Of a stretch of DNA of 64,000 nucleotides, positions 28,027-37,251 are shown piece by piece. The position numbers were made by a program, and so were the translations under genes. The notes beneath the pieces are model-generated. The model saw only the letters and a list, made by a program, of their open reading frames with translations, had not been told where the DNA came from and ran no database searches. The DNA is taken from NCBI GenBank assembly GCA_963797095.1, contig CAWCNY010000007.1, positions 1 through 64,000 on the forward strand. The letters run 5' to 3'. This DNA is from an uncultured Chloroflexia bacterium. Lineage in GTDB: Bacteria > Chloroflexota > Chloroflexia > QHBQ01 > JADMIH01. The number at the start of each line of letters is the position of its first letter. The first letter of the stretch is position 1.

Positions 28027-28580
28027 TGGACGTTCAAGGCGACAACCTTGACGCGAGATTAGCCCCCGGCGAGGTGGTGCTGTGGCGAGGCAAACCCGTT
28101 CGGCAGGCTTTTGTCTTTCGCACATGGCCGCTGAGCATTTTCGGCGCGGTGCTGATAGTGTCCGTAATAGCCTACGAGACAATAGTGCTGACAACCGAAG
28201 CGCCCGATCTCCTTGCGCTGGTGGGGATACCCTTGAGCCTGGCTGCTCTCTACATGGCGGTTGGGCATTTCCTTGTGACGGCAAGCGAATGGCAAAACAC
28301 CGAGTATCTGGTGAGCGAGAGGCAAGTGCTCATACGACACGGCATATTCCGGCCAAGCGTGACTATGTTCAGCCTTCTGGGATTGCCGCATACCATTGTG
28401 GAGATGCATGGCGAGGACATCGGTAACGTGATGTTCAGGCCGCGTGAGGGGCAGGGTTACGGCCCATATCCAGGCTACCAGAATATGTGGCCCTACACGC
28501 CTGGTTATGTGGTGGGATTCCTCTATATAAAGGACCCTGAGCAGGTGCAAGCGTTGATCGAGCGGGCGCGGGGAAGGTAG
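28026..28580 (+). CDS. Membrane protein with bacterial PH (bPH_2-like) domain
   Basis: L.PGEVVLWRGKP, two TM segments, TEYLVSERQVLIRHGIF, GNVMF, F.YIKDPEQV. Confidence 0.7.
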   Translation: MDVQGDNLDARLAPGEVVLWRGKPVRQAFVFRTWPLSIFGAVLIVSVIAYETIVLTTEAPDLLALVGIPLSLAALYMAVGHFLVTASEWQNTEYLVSERQVLIRHGIFRPSVTMFSLLGLPHTIVEMHGEDIGNVMFRPREGQGYGPYPGYQNMWPYTPGYVVGFLYIKDPEQVQALIERARGR

Positions 28581-28662
28581 GAATATGGTATAATCGCAAA
28601 AATGTGCATGCCGCCGGGTGCGGCTGATTTTATGGCAGTACGTCCCATAACAGGAGGATCGT

Positions 28663-29316
28663 TTGGAGTTCCTGCACCAGGTCGAAGAGAGTGTAGTTTG
28701 GCCCTTTATCGAGAATATCTATCACGGATTCGGGTGGCTTGGCGTGGTCATTATGATGACTATAGAGAGCGCCTGTATCCCCCTGCCCAGCGAGGTAATC
28801 ATGCCTTTCGCTGGGCAGTATCTAGTAGGCAGTCCAGACAACTGGGGCGCGATACTGCTGGCAGGGCTTTACGGGGCGCTGGGTTGCACTATAGGCTCGA
28901 TTATCGCCTACGTTGTTGGGGCGTTCGGAGGCAGGCCCATCGTTGAGAAGTACGGCAAGTACGTGCTCATAAATACTCATCACTTGCATACTGCTGATAA
29001 ATGGTTTGAGAAGTACGGAGAGGCCACCGCTTTCTTCTCCCGACTGGTGCCCGTGGTGAGGACCTTTATCTCGTTCCCGGCGGGTGTGGCGCGCATGAAC
29101 TTCGGCAAGTTCGTGCTTTACACGTTCCTGGGGTCGTTCCCCTGGGCGGCGGCGCTCGCGTGGGCGGGAGCGATGTGGCAGCCGAGGGCAATCCGCGAGG
29201 CGCTCCGACCTTTGGATGTCCCGATTGCTATCATTATTGTCCTGCTGATCGTGTGGTTTATCGTCCGGAATCTCATGAACCGCAGGCGCAACAAAGTAGC
29301 CGAAAACGAAGCATAA
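28663..29316 (+). CDS. DedA family membrane protein
   Basis: IESACIPLPSEVIMPFAG, WFEKYG, SRLVPVVRTFISFPAG; SD AGGAGG; TGGTATAAT at 28586-28594. Confidence 0.93.
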   Translation: MEFLHQVEESVVWPFIENIYHGFGWLGVVIMMTIESACIPLPSEVIMPFAGQYLVGSPDNWGAILLAGLYGALGCTIGSIIAYVVGAFGGRPIVEKYGKYVLINTHHLHTADKWFEKYGEATAFFSRLVPVVRTFISFPAGVARMNFGKFVLYTFLGSFPWAAALAWAGAMWQPRAIREALRPLDVPIAIIIVLLIVWFIVRNLMNRRRNKVAENEA

Positions 29317-29373
29317 CAAACGAAGGACGAACGACGCTAACCAATACTCGTCACTAACAACTCGGTACTCACT

Positions 29374-30363
29374 ATGCTAGAAAATGTATCCCAAAGAAAT
29401 GCGCTTATCGCCGCCATTGAGAAGGCGCGTGGTTCGTCTTTGATCGCGTATATGCTGCACGATAACGCAATGATCGCGGACGACGCGCTGCCTCAACTCT
29501 ATGACAAGCTACAATCGCTTGGACGGCGAGAGCAGATCGACCTGCTGCTCCTTACGCGAGGCGGGGTCACAGAAGTTTGCTGGCGGGCGCTCAACCTTTT
29601 GAGGGAATATTGCAATCACCTGGCCGTGATCGTGGGCACGCGGGTGCTTGGGGCCGGGACGCTGCTGGCGCTGGGGGCCGACGAGATCGTGATGGGGCCG
29701 CTGTCCGAGATGGGCAGCATGGAGTTGGTGCGCAAGCACCCCCTCATGCCGAAGGATGAAGCAGGCCAGCCGCTGCCCGTGACGCTGGGGGAGATACGAG
29801 CGCTCGGGCTGGCGGGCAAGCGACCGAAGGAGGAAGGGAGCGGGCAGGATAACGGCGACCAGCAGGAGATCCCCGATTTCATGTTCCAGTATATCCATCC
29901 TTTGGTGATCGGGAACCTGATGCAGTCTGAGGCTTTGTCGCGGGATGTGACGCGGAAGGCCTTGCAGATGCACATTCCGATGGACGACGAGGGGAAGATC
30001 GAGAGGCTGGTGGACCTGTTCAACGGGGGTTTTCACTCGCCCGCGTACACAGCAAGCCGGACGGAATTGCAGGAGGCAGGGCTGCCGGTTATGGCTCCGG
30101 ATAAGGAGTTGTGGGGGCAGATCTGGGGCCTGGTCCAGTTGTACCAGGCCGCACTTTATAACGACAGGCCCGACCAGACGGCCCCCGGCACATTCTTCCG
30201 CTACGTGTGCCTGATCGAAAGCCAGGGCCGCTCGACAGGGCTGCGGCAGGTTTTCGCACACGTAGATGGGCAGGAGCGGGTAGTGCAGATGGGGTGGGAA
30301 ACGGCGATCAAGGGACCTGGACCTGGGCCTTCGATTGGGCTGGGTGGGATGTCGAATAATTGA
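29374..30363 (+). CDS. SDH-family Clp-fold (SppA/ClpP-class) protein, catalytic residues apparently lost
   Basis: LIAAIEKARGS.LIAY, IDLLLLTRGG, GAGTLLALGADEIVMGPLSEMG, IHPLVIG. Confidence 0.7.
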   Translation: MLENVSQRNALIAAIEKARGSSLIAYMLHDNAMIADDALPQLYDKLQSLGRREQIDLLLLTRGGVTEVCWRALNLLREYCNHLAVIVGTRVLGAGTLLALGADEIVMGPLSEMGSMELVRKHPLMPKDEAGQPLPVTLGEIRALGLAGKRPKEEGSGQDNGDQQEIPDFMFQYIHPLVIGNLMQSEALSRDVTRKALQMHIPMDDEGKIERLVDLFNGGFHSPAYTASRTELQEAGLPVMAPDKELWGQIWGLVQLYQAALYNDRPDQTAPGTFFRYVCLIESQGRSTGLRQVFAHVDGQERVVQMGWETAIKGPGPGPSIGLGGMSNN

Positions 30364-30385
30364 GGGGACGAAGGACAACATTATT

Positions 30386-31033
30386 ATGGAACAGAACAGC
30401 GTACAGAGTATCGGGGAAGAGTTGATCAAGGTGCTGGAGGCCAAGAACCGGGCACGCGAGATGGCCCTTACCAATAGCCGGGCTACTATCAGGCACTGCG
30501 CGCACTCGATCAGGGCGGCGCATAGGGGTGAAATGGAAGCAGCAGCAGAGCTGATCAAGGAAGCCGGGACGATAGTGGCGGCCAGCCGAGAGGCATTGCT
30601 GGATTCGCACCCCGATATCTATTGGGCCGGATACGTGCAGGATGCGCAGAAGGAATACGCCGAAGCCTGCGTGGTGTCGGCGGTGATCGGAGGCAAGGAG
30701 ATTCCAAGAGCGGGCGATCTCGGCCTTGAGCCTGCGGCCTATCTGAACGGCCTGGGCGAGGCGGCAGGCGAGATGAGACGCTATGTGCTCGACATCATCC
30801 GGCATGGCAATACGCCCGCCAGCCGTTGTGAGGAAGTGCTCGGCGTGATGGAGGACATTTACTCGCTCCTGGTGACCGTGGACTTCCCCGACGCTATCAC
30901 AGACGGCTTGCGCCGCACCACCGACATGGTAAGGGGAGTGCTGGAGCGCACAAGGGGCGATGTGACCTTCGCCTTGCAGCAGAGGGAGTTGACGCGCGCG
31001 CTGGGAAAGGGACGAGTGACGAGTGACGAGTGA
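30386..31033 (+). CDS. Translin/TRAX family protein
   Basis: REMAL..SR..IR.CA.SIRAAHRGE, DAQKEYAEA, YLNGLGEAAGEMRR, LRRTTDMVRGVLERT; start ATG 30386. Confidence 0.85.
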   Translation: MEQNSVQSIGEELIKVLEAKNRAREMALTNSRATIRHCAHSIRAAHRGEMEAAAELIKEAGTIVAASREALLDSHPDIYWAGYVQDAQKEYAEACVVSAVIGGKEIPRAGDLGLEPAAYLNGLGEAAGEMRRYVLDIIRHGNTPASRCEEVLGVMEDIYSLLVTVDFPDAITDGLRRTTDMVRGVLERTRGDVTFALQQRELTRALGKGRVTSDE

Positions 31034-31419
31034 CGAGTTATGGACGATGGGCTATTGTGGAATAGGGTGTGATGGTGAATGAGGAGGCGAAGCGATTCCA
31101 CGTTCGCAAGATGAGGTCAGGATAATCAGGGCCAGCGAGATCGGTGAATATGATTATTGCTCGCGGGCGTGGTGGTACAAACACGTGGCGAAGGTCTCGC
31201 CGGGCGAAGATGTCAGCGGGCGTTTGGAGAGAGGCCGGGAGGAGCACCGGAGACACGGACAAGTCGTAGCTCTATCGGCAAGATTACGGGTCGTAGGGAT
31301 AGCACTATTGCTGTGCGGGTTGCTCTTGCTCGCACTGGCAGTTATACTGCTGAGCAGATAATGCAGGGCTTAAGCAAGCCTTGCTTTTTCCATACACATA
31401 ACCACTCGTCACTCGTCAC
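31011..31419. repeat. Inverted heptamer arms (GACGAGT)4 ... (ACTCGTC)2AC flanking the small gene
   Basis: 31011-31038 and 31404-31419 are reverse complements over 16 nt; the left arm contains the translin stop codon. Confidence 0.8.
31095..31361 (+). CDS. Small membrane-anchored protein with Cas4/PD-(D/E)XK-like N-terminal motif; apparent ATT start
   Basis: Not in the ORF track. GAGGAGG-N7-ATT opens an 88-aa frame (M)PRSQDEVRIIRASEIGEYDYCSRAWWYKHV...RLERGREEHRRHG...C-terminal TM, ending TAA 31359-31361. Confidence 0.7.
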   Translation: MPRSQDEVRIIRASEIGEYDYCSRAWWYKHVAKVSPGEDVSGRLERGREEHRRHGQVVALSARLRVVGIALLLCGLLLLALAVILLSR

Positions 31420-31437
31420 GTATCAAGGAGGATACCA

Positions 31438-32301
31438 ATGGGTAGGATCGCATTCATGACCGACAGCACGGCAGGTCTGCCTGCCGACCAGGTGAAGAAG
31501 TACAACGTGACCGTTGTGCCGTTGCAGGTTATCTTCGGAACCGAACAATATCGGGACGGCGTGGACCTGACACAGGCCGAGTTCTTCGCCAAGCTGAAGT
31601 CGGCCAAGACCCTGCCCACTACTTCCCAGCCTGCCGCAGGTGACTTCGAGGAAGCGTACACTCGCCTGCTAAACGACCCGGAGGTGGACAGCATTATAGC
31701 GGTGCACCTATCGTCGCGGCTGCCCAGCGGCACCTACAGCCTATCGGCCACCACCGGCGAGCGGCTGAGCCAGGGCACCGGCAAGAAGGTGACGGTGATA
31801 GATAGCTGGCAAGCCTACATGGCCGAGGGCCTGATGGTGATAGACGGGGCGCGGGCGGCAGAGAAAAGCGCCACCCACGACGAGGTGGTGAAATTAATCG
31901 AGGGTATGCGGCCCACGACCAAGATATTGCTGCTGGTAGATACCCTGGAGTATTTGCAGAGGGGAGGGCGCATAGGGGGCGCGCAAGCGTTCGTCGGCGG
32001 CCTGCTGAATATAAAGCCGATCCTGCAAGTGAGTGATGGGCGCATTGAGCCGATGGAGAGAGTGCGCACGCGCAAGAAGGCGATGGAAAGGCTGGTGGAA
32101 CTCGGCGCGGAGATCGTGAAGGGGAAGAAGTGCCAGATCAGCGTGGGTCACGCCGAGGCCGAGGAAGACGCGAAACAGCTAACCGCCATGGCTAAGGAGA
32201 AGATAAACGTAATCGAGGAGTTCACCAGCGACCTTGGCCCCGTAATCGCCACCCACACAGGCCCCGGAGTGCTGGGCTTTGTCCTCTGCCCGGTCGATTG
32301 A
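31438..32301 (+). CDS. DegV family fatty-acid-binding protein (FakB-like)
   Basis: TDST.GLP, PTTSQP, LSSRLPSGTY, VIDS, TLEYLQRGGRIG, LNIKPIL, IATHTGPG. Confidence 0.93.
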   Translation: MGRIAFMTDSTAGLPADQVKKYNVTVVPLQVIFGTEQYRDGVDLTQAEFFAKLKSAKTLPTTSQPAAGDFEEAYTRLLNDPEVDSIIAVHLSSRLPSGTYSLSATTGERLSQGTGKKVTVIDSWQAYMAEGLMVIDGARAAEKSATHDEVVKLIEGMRPTTKILLLVDTLEYLQRGGRIGGAQAFVGGLLNIKPILQVSDGRIEPMERVRTRKKAMERLVELGAEIVKGKKCQISVGHAEAEEDAKQLTAMAKEKINVIEEFTSDLGPVIATHTGPGVLGFVLCPVD

Positions 32302-32355
32302 CGAAAGACGAACTTGGGACATCTCGAACTTCGGATGCAGGCTTGCGGGCACTCC

Positions 32356-33609
32356 CTACTCCTCATAGCGAGAGAGGATTAGCACCGCGTTGTGCCCCCC
32401 AAAGCCCATGCTGTTGGACATCGCGTACTGTATATCTGCGCGGCGAGGCACATTGGGGATATAGTCGAGGTCGCAATCGGGGTCGGGCACTTCCTGGTTG
32501 ATCGTAGGCGGGAGCATCCCTTCCAGCAGAGCCTGGATGCAAAAGACAGCCTCCATCGCACCCGCAGCGCCCAGCATGTGCCCGGTCATGCTCTTGGTCG
32601 ATGAGATCGGCACATGATAAGCGTGGTCGCCAAGAGCGCGCTTGATAGCCATCGTCTCGTACTTCTCGTTGAGTTGCGTGCTCGTGCCGTGAGCATTGAT
32701 GTAGCCTATGTCTTCCGGCCGCAAGCCTGCGTCATGCAACGCATAAGACATAGCACGTGCCGCCCCTTCGCCCCCCTCGGCTGGGGCTGTGATATGAGAG
32801 GCATCTGCCGTAGCGCCGTAGCCCACTACCTCGGCCAGAACTCTAGCGCCACGTGCCTGCGCGAACTCCAGGTCTTCGAGGATAACCGCCGCAGCACCCT
32901 CACCGAGGACGAAGCCGTCGCGCAGCTTGTCGAAAGGGCGAGAGGCGTGTTTGGGGTCGTCGTTGCGGGTGGAGAGCGCGCGCATCGCCCCGAAAGTTGC
33001 GAGGCCAACAGTACATACGGTGGCTTCGGCGCCGCCCGCGATAATTGCCTTAGCTCGCCCCCGCCGGATGATCTCGGCGGCCTCGCCAATGGCATGAGCC
33101 GAGGAGGAGCAGGCGGAAACAATCGCGAAATTCGGCCCCTTCAGGCCCATGTGGATCGACACCTGCCCAGCCGCAAGGTCGATAAGGAGCATGGGGATAG
33201 TGAAGGGGCTGACCTTTGCCGGACCTTTATCTCGTATGGTCAGCACGGCTTCGGTGAGGCTCTCGATGCCGCCAATGCCCGAACCCATGATCACCCCAAT
33301 GTCGTTGGCGTTCTCCTCCGTGACTTGCAAGTTGGCATGGGCAGCGGCCTGCTTGCTGACGGCTACGGCGTAGTGGATGAAGCGGTCCATGCGCCGGATT
33401 TCCCTGGCGGGGATGTACTCTTCAGGATTGAAGTTCTTGATTTCGGCCCCGATCTTCGTATCGTAGAGGGAGGTGTCGAACTTGGTGATCAGATCCGCAC
33501 CCGAGCAGCCATTGAGCGCAGCCTGCCATGACGATTGCACGTCGTTCCCGATAGGAGAGACCGCTCCCAGGCCTGTTATTACTATCCTACGTCTCTCGCC
33601 ATTACCCAT
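32356..33609 (-). CDS. fabF: 3-oxoacyl-ACP synthase II
   Basis: RIVITGLGAVSPIG, SACSSSAHAIG, INAHGTST, TKSMTGHMLGAAG, SNSMGFGGHN. Confidence 0.96.
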   Translation of the reverse strand: MGNGERRRIVITGLGAVSPIGNDVQSSWQAALNGCSGADLITKFDTSLYDTKIGAEIKNFNPEEYIPAREIRRMDRFIHYAVAVSKQAAAHANLQVTEENANDIGVIMGSGIGGIESLTEAVLTIRDKGPAKVSPFTIPMLLIDLAAGQVSIHMGLKGPNFAIVSACSSSAHAIGEAAEIIRRGRAKAIIAGGAEATVCTVGLATFGAMRALSTRNDDPKHASRPFDKLRDGFVLGEGAAAVILEDLEFAQARGARVLAEVVGYGATADASHITAPAEGGEGAARAMSYALHDAGLRPEDIGYINAHGTSTQLNEKYETMAIKRALGDHAYHVPISSTKSMTGHMLGAAGAMEAVFCIQALLEGMLPPTINQEVPDPDCDLDYIPNVPRRADIQYAMSNSMGFGGHNAVLILSRYEE

Positions 33610-33994
33610 TTCCTATTCCTCCACTCTCGCCATCCCAATTCTCACCCAATTATATCATCTCTGACGAACATACCATCATGCCTCTTTACAAGATAGGCCG
33701 GTCATGCCATATAATAATAGCATGACTGCCGACAATTTGCAGGGCCTTATATACCTATCCCCTCTCTGCCCTTCCCTTCTGGGGAAGGGCTATTCCGCAC
33801 GTTAGCGCGAGCGAGCAGAGGGCATGCTCCTCGACGCGATTTTTCCTGACTGCCAAACAAGCCGATATTGACTGATGATTGTGCGCTACCAGAGCCGGTG
33901 GCGTGCCATAACGCCGACGGCTCGATCAGGGCGCGGCATACCAATCCCTACAGCGGTATTGATAAAATGGGATGGGAGATAAGAGGTAATAACT

Positions 33995-35743
33995 ATGAAA
34001 ATGAGCAGACTATTCAGCCAAACATGGCGCGAAACTCCAACTGAGATCGAGGTTGAAAGCCATCGCCTGCTGTTGCGAACGGGCTTTATCCGGCAGTTGG
34101 CGGCAGGGATATTCAGCTATTTACCACTTGCGAAGCGCTCGTTGAACAAGATCGAGCGGATCATGAAGGAGGAGATCGACGGGATCGGCGGGCAGGAGGT
34201 CGAGATGCCTGTGGTGCACCCTGCTGACCTGTGGAAGGAGACCGGTAGGTGGTACAGCATCGGCTCGGAATTGGGCAGGTTCAAGGATAAGACCGGCCGA
34301 GATATGGCCCTTGCGATGACCCACGAAGAGGTGGTGTCGGACCTGACGCGCAAGGAGATCAGAAGCTACAGGCAGCTTCCGCAGTTGATTTACCACATCC
34401 AGACCAAGTGGCGCGACGACCCCAGGCCAAGGGCAGGGTTGATCCGTGGGCGCGAATTCACCATGCTCGATAGCTATAGCCTGGATGCCGACGAAGAAGG
34501 ATTGGATAAGCAGTACAGGGCGCACTATGACGCGTACTTCCGAATCTTCGGACGGTGCGGGGTGCCTACCATAGCTGTCGGCTCAGACGTGGGGATGATG
34601 GGCGGAAGCCTGGCACACGAGTATATGTACCTCACGCCAATCGGCGAGGACACCCTGGTGCTGTGCGACCCCTGCGGCTACGCGGCCAACCGCCAGATCG
34701 CACGATTCCGAAAGCCAACTGTAGAGAAAGAAGAGCAAAAGGCGATAGAGAGGGTAGCAACGCCCGGAGTGACCACTATAGCGCGACTGGCAACGTTTCT
34801 GGCCGCGGACGCGGCGAGAACGGCGAAAGCTGTGTTCATGGTGGCAACCATCAACGAGGGGGAGAAGGAGATTCAGAAGACCGTGTTCGCGGTGGTTCGC
34901 GGGGATATGGCGGTGAATGAGACCAAGCTGGCAAATGCGGTGAAGGCAAGTGAATTGCGCCCGGCGCGAGAGGACGAGATCAGGGCCATCGGGGCGGAGC
35001 CGGGATATGGGTCGCCTGTAGGAGTGCACGATGCGCTGGTGGTCGTTGACGACCTGGTAGCCGAGTCGCCGAATCTGGTGGCGGGGGCCAACGATGTCGG
35101 GTATCACTTGCTGAACGTCAATTACGGGCGGGATTATCAAGCGGATATCGTGGCGGATCTCGCTCTGGCGCAAGAGGGCGATAAGTGCGTAGAGTGTGGC
35201 GAACCGTTGAGGCTGGTAAACGGCGTAGAGGTTGGCAACATCTTCAAGCTGGGCACTCGATACAGCGCGGATATGGGCTGCACCTACCTCGACAGAGACG
35301 GCGAGTCGCGCCTGGTGGTGATGGGGTCCTACGGGATCGGCACCACGCGCCTGCTGGCCTGCGTGGCAGAAGAGCACCACGACGAACGGGGGCTAACATG
35401 GCCGATCTCGGTCGCCCCATATGAGGTGCATCTGGTATCGCTGGCCGGAGAAGGCACGCAAGGCGACGAAGTGCGTAAAGCCGCCGGCACTCTCTATGCC
35501 GCGCTACAGGCCGCCAATATCGAAGTCCTCTACGACGACCGCGACGCTACTCCCGGCGTAAAGTTCAACGACGCAGACCTGATCGGGCTGCCGCTGAGGG
35601 TCACTGTCAGCGCGCGGTCGCTACGGAACGGTGGTGTAGAGGTAAAGCGTCGGAAAAACGACAAGCTGGATATTGTCTCCGTAGTCGATGCTTGCCTCGC
35701 CGTGAAGACGATTTTGCGCGAAATGTGGAGTTCACCAGGCTAA
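33995..35743 (+). CDS. proS: Proline--tRNA ligase (bacterial type with editing insertion)
   Basis: SHRLLLR.GFIRQLAAGIFSYLP, THEE, QTKWRDDPRPRAGLIRGREF.M.DSYS, GVEVGNIFKLG, MGSYGIG, YDDR...GVKFNDADLIG.P. Confidence 0.96.
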   Translation: MKMSRLFSQTWRETPTEIEVESHRLLLRTGFIRQLAAGIFSYLPLAKRSLNKIERIMKEEIDGIGGQEVEMPVVHPADLWKETGRWYSIGSELGRFKDKTGRDMALAMTHEEVVSDLTRKEIRSYRQLPQLIYHIQTKWRDDPRPRAGLIRGREFTMLDSYSLDADEEGLDKQYRAHYDAYFRIFGRCGVPTIAVGSDVGMMGGSLAHEYMYLTPIGEDTLVLCDPCGYAANRQIARFRKPTVEKEEQKAIERVATPGVTTIARLATFLAADAARTAKAVFMVATINEGEKEIQKTVFAVVRGDMAVNETKLANAVKASELRPAREDEIRAIGAEPGYGSPVGVHDALVVVDDLVAESPNLVAGANDVGYHLLNVNYGRDYQADIVADLALAQEGDKCVECGEPLRLVNGVEVGNIFKLGTRYSADMGCTYLDRDGESRLVVMGSYGIGTTRLLACVAEEHHDERGLTWPISVAPYEVHLVSLAGEGTQGDEVRKAAGTLYAALQAANIEVLYDDRDATPGVKFNDADLIGLPLRVTVSARSLRNGGVEVKRRKNDKLDIVSVVDACLAVKTILREMWSSPG

Positions 35744-35783
35744 CAAGTAGAATCGTGGTTATCAGGGGCGCACCACAAACAGC

Positions 35784-36209
35784 CTAGGCCGGAGGAGGTG
35801 CGGCCCCGGCGAGTTGTTGCGTGAGACCCAGCATGTCCAATTCAGACCATAGCTCCGCGATCTTGCCACCCTCGATACGATAAACGTGCATCTCAGTCCA
35901 GGTCACAGGCTTGCCCGTAGGGGGGATGCCTGCGAAATCACCTTTGCTCGTGGCATGGGCCGTGATGCGCTCCACAACTTTGTCTCCGTCGGCCAGCAGG
36001 TCCTCGACCGTCACATGCACGTCCGGGAAGGCCGAGGAAACTAGCGCCCCAACCTGCTTCATCCCTTCGCGGCCCGGGGCCAGGCCAGGGATCGGAAGGT
36101 GGTACACAAAGTCGGGTGTAAATAGCTCATCAACTATTGCATGGTTCCCCTTATTCTTGAATTCTTCCGAAAAGTGGCGGACGACCGATTTATTCTCTGT
36201 TGGGGTCAT
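35784..36209 (-). CDS. SnoaL-like ester cyclase family protein
   Basis: ENKSVVR, AFPD.HVTVEDL.ADGDKV, GIPPTGK, GKIAE.W...D.LG. Confidence 0.88.
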   Translation of the reverse strand: MTPTENKSVVRHFSEEFKNKGNHAIVDELFTPDFVYHLPIPGLAPGREGMKQVGALVSSAFPDVHVTVEDLLADGDKVVERITAHATSKGDFAGIPPTGKPVTWTEMHVYRIEGGKIAELWSELDMLGLTQQLAGAAPPPA

Positions 36210-36233
36210 GAAAAGGTCCTCACATCTTTATTA

Positions 36234-36707
36234 TCAGGCCATGATGGTTGCCAGGGGATCAGGTCCAGGGTCGCGACCCTCGGCTATCGCCAGCAGCCGT
36301 GGCAGATAGTGATCCCAGCCTGCGCCCTGGTGGTCGCGCTCATGGTCAGGCAGATCCAGATGGCGCAAGCGCAGGATTGTCCCATCGCCATCTTCCGAAA
36401 GGGTGATCTCGACAGTGCTTGCCCCTGTCCGCACGGGCGCTCCCGCTCCTTCCCAACCCCACGTGAATGCTACACGCTTGTTGGGAGTCACTTCCACAAA
36501 GCGCCCACTTACGATCACAAAGCGCCCACTTACGATGTCGTGCTCATTGATGACGACCCGATAGATCCCACCGGGCTGCGGCTCGAGAAGAGCCTCCACA
36601 CCCATCCAGCGCAGCATCTTCTCAGGCTCTACCAGGAAGGCGAATACCTTCCCAGACCGGGCTGCAATGCGTACCTCACGCTCGACAATGTTGCTATCCC
36701 CGATCAC
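36234..36707 (-). CDS. SRPBCC/AHSA1-like domain protein
   Basis: VEREVRIAA...VFAFL.EPE...RW, FTWGWE, STVEITL, GWDHYL.RL; contains an in-frame IVSGRFV duplication. Confidence 0.85.
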   Translation of the reverse strand: MIGDSNIVEREVRIAARSGKVFAFLVEPEKMLRWMGVEALLEPQPGGIYRVVINEHDIVSGRFVIVSGRFVEVTPNKRVAFTWGWEGAGAPVRTGASTVEITLSEDGDGTILRLRHLDLPDHERDHQGAGWDHYLPRLLAIAEGRDPGPDPLATIMA

Positions 36708-37020
36708 TTCTTTCCTCGCGTTTGCGTTCTTCAGCTTCCGCCGCTAGCTTGAGCAGTTCCGGCCTGACGGGCCAGAACCCCTCCAGGAAGTCACGAAGTT
36801 CTGCCAACCCTTCCGGTCGTGCCCTGTAAAGGTGGCGCGTTCCCTCCTTGCGGAGGCTAACCAGGCCCGCGTCGGCGAGCACTTTCAGGTGTTGCGAGAT
36901 GGCCGGACGTGTAACATTGAAATGCGAGGCGATCTCGCCGGAGCTAAGCTCTTCGACCTGGACAAGCCGCAAGATCTCCCGGCGGTGAGGTTCGGCAATA
37001 GCATCGAGCACTGCATCCAT
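36694..37020 (-). CDS. ArsR/SmtB family regulator
   Basis: AIAEPHRREILRL, SGEIASHF.VTRPAISQHLKVL..AGLV. Confidence 0.9.
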   Translation of the reverse strand: MDAVLDAIAEPHRREILRLVQVEELSSGEIASHFNVTRPAISQHLKVLADAGLVSLRKEGTRHLYRARPEGLAELRDFLEGFWPVRPELLKLAAEAEERKREERSDRG

Positions 37021-37029
37021 GACAGTGTT

Positions 37030-37058
37030 ATTTTAGCATATACTTACGTAAGTGTCAA
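37030..37058 (-). promoter_or_regulatory. TTGACA-N17-TAAAAT promoter with overlapping palindrome ACTTACGTAAGT
   Basis: -35 at 37058-37053, -10 at 37035-37030, 9 nt before the ArsR ATG; palindrome at 37042-37053 (likely autoregulatory operator). Confidence 0.7.
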
Positions 37059-37160
37059 CTAATATATTGGGCAAATCCTGACCAGAAATCCTGACCAACT
37101 TCATATCACAAACATGGGCATTCCAAATTTTAGATGCAGGTTCGCGTATGTAAGATCCGT

Positions 37161-37213
37161 TTCTAAAAAGAGCGAAAATGGCGGCTCTGCTTCCATTTTC
37201 GCTCTTTTTAGAA
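37161..37213. terminator. Long hairpin with A/T tails (bidirectional terminator-like)
   Basis: TTCTAAAAAGAGCGAAAATGG ... CCATTTTCGCTCTTTTTAGAA. Confidence 0.7.
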
Positions 37214-37251
37214 TTACCTCTCCCAAATTTGGGAGGTTCTAAGAGACAGCT

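Noticed and set aside
31157-31459. 100-aa ORF-track call in the translin-degV gap
   Set aside because: No SD or motifs, and it runs into degV; the alternative frame 31095-31361 has an SD, a motif and a TM segment.
33720-33994. T-box riboswitch upstream of proS
   Set aside because: The leader is long and has hairpins, but no GGTGG.ACCGCG T-box motif or terminator/antiterminator is visible.
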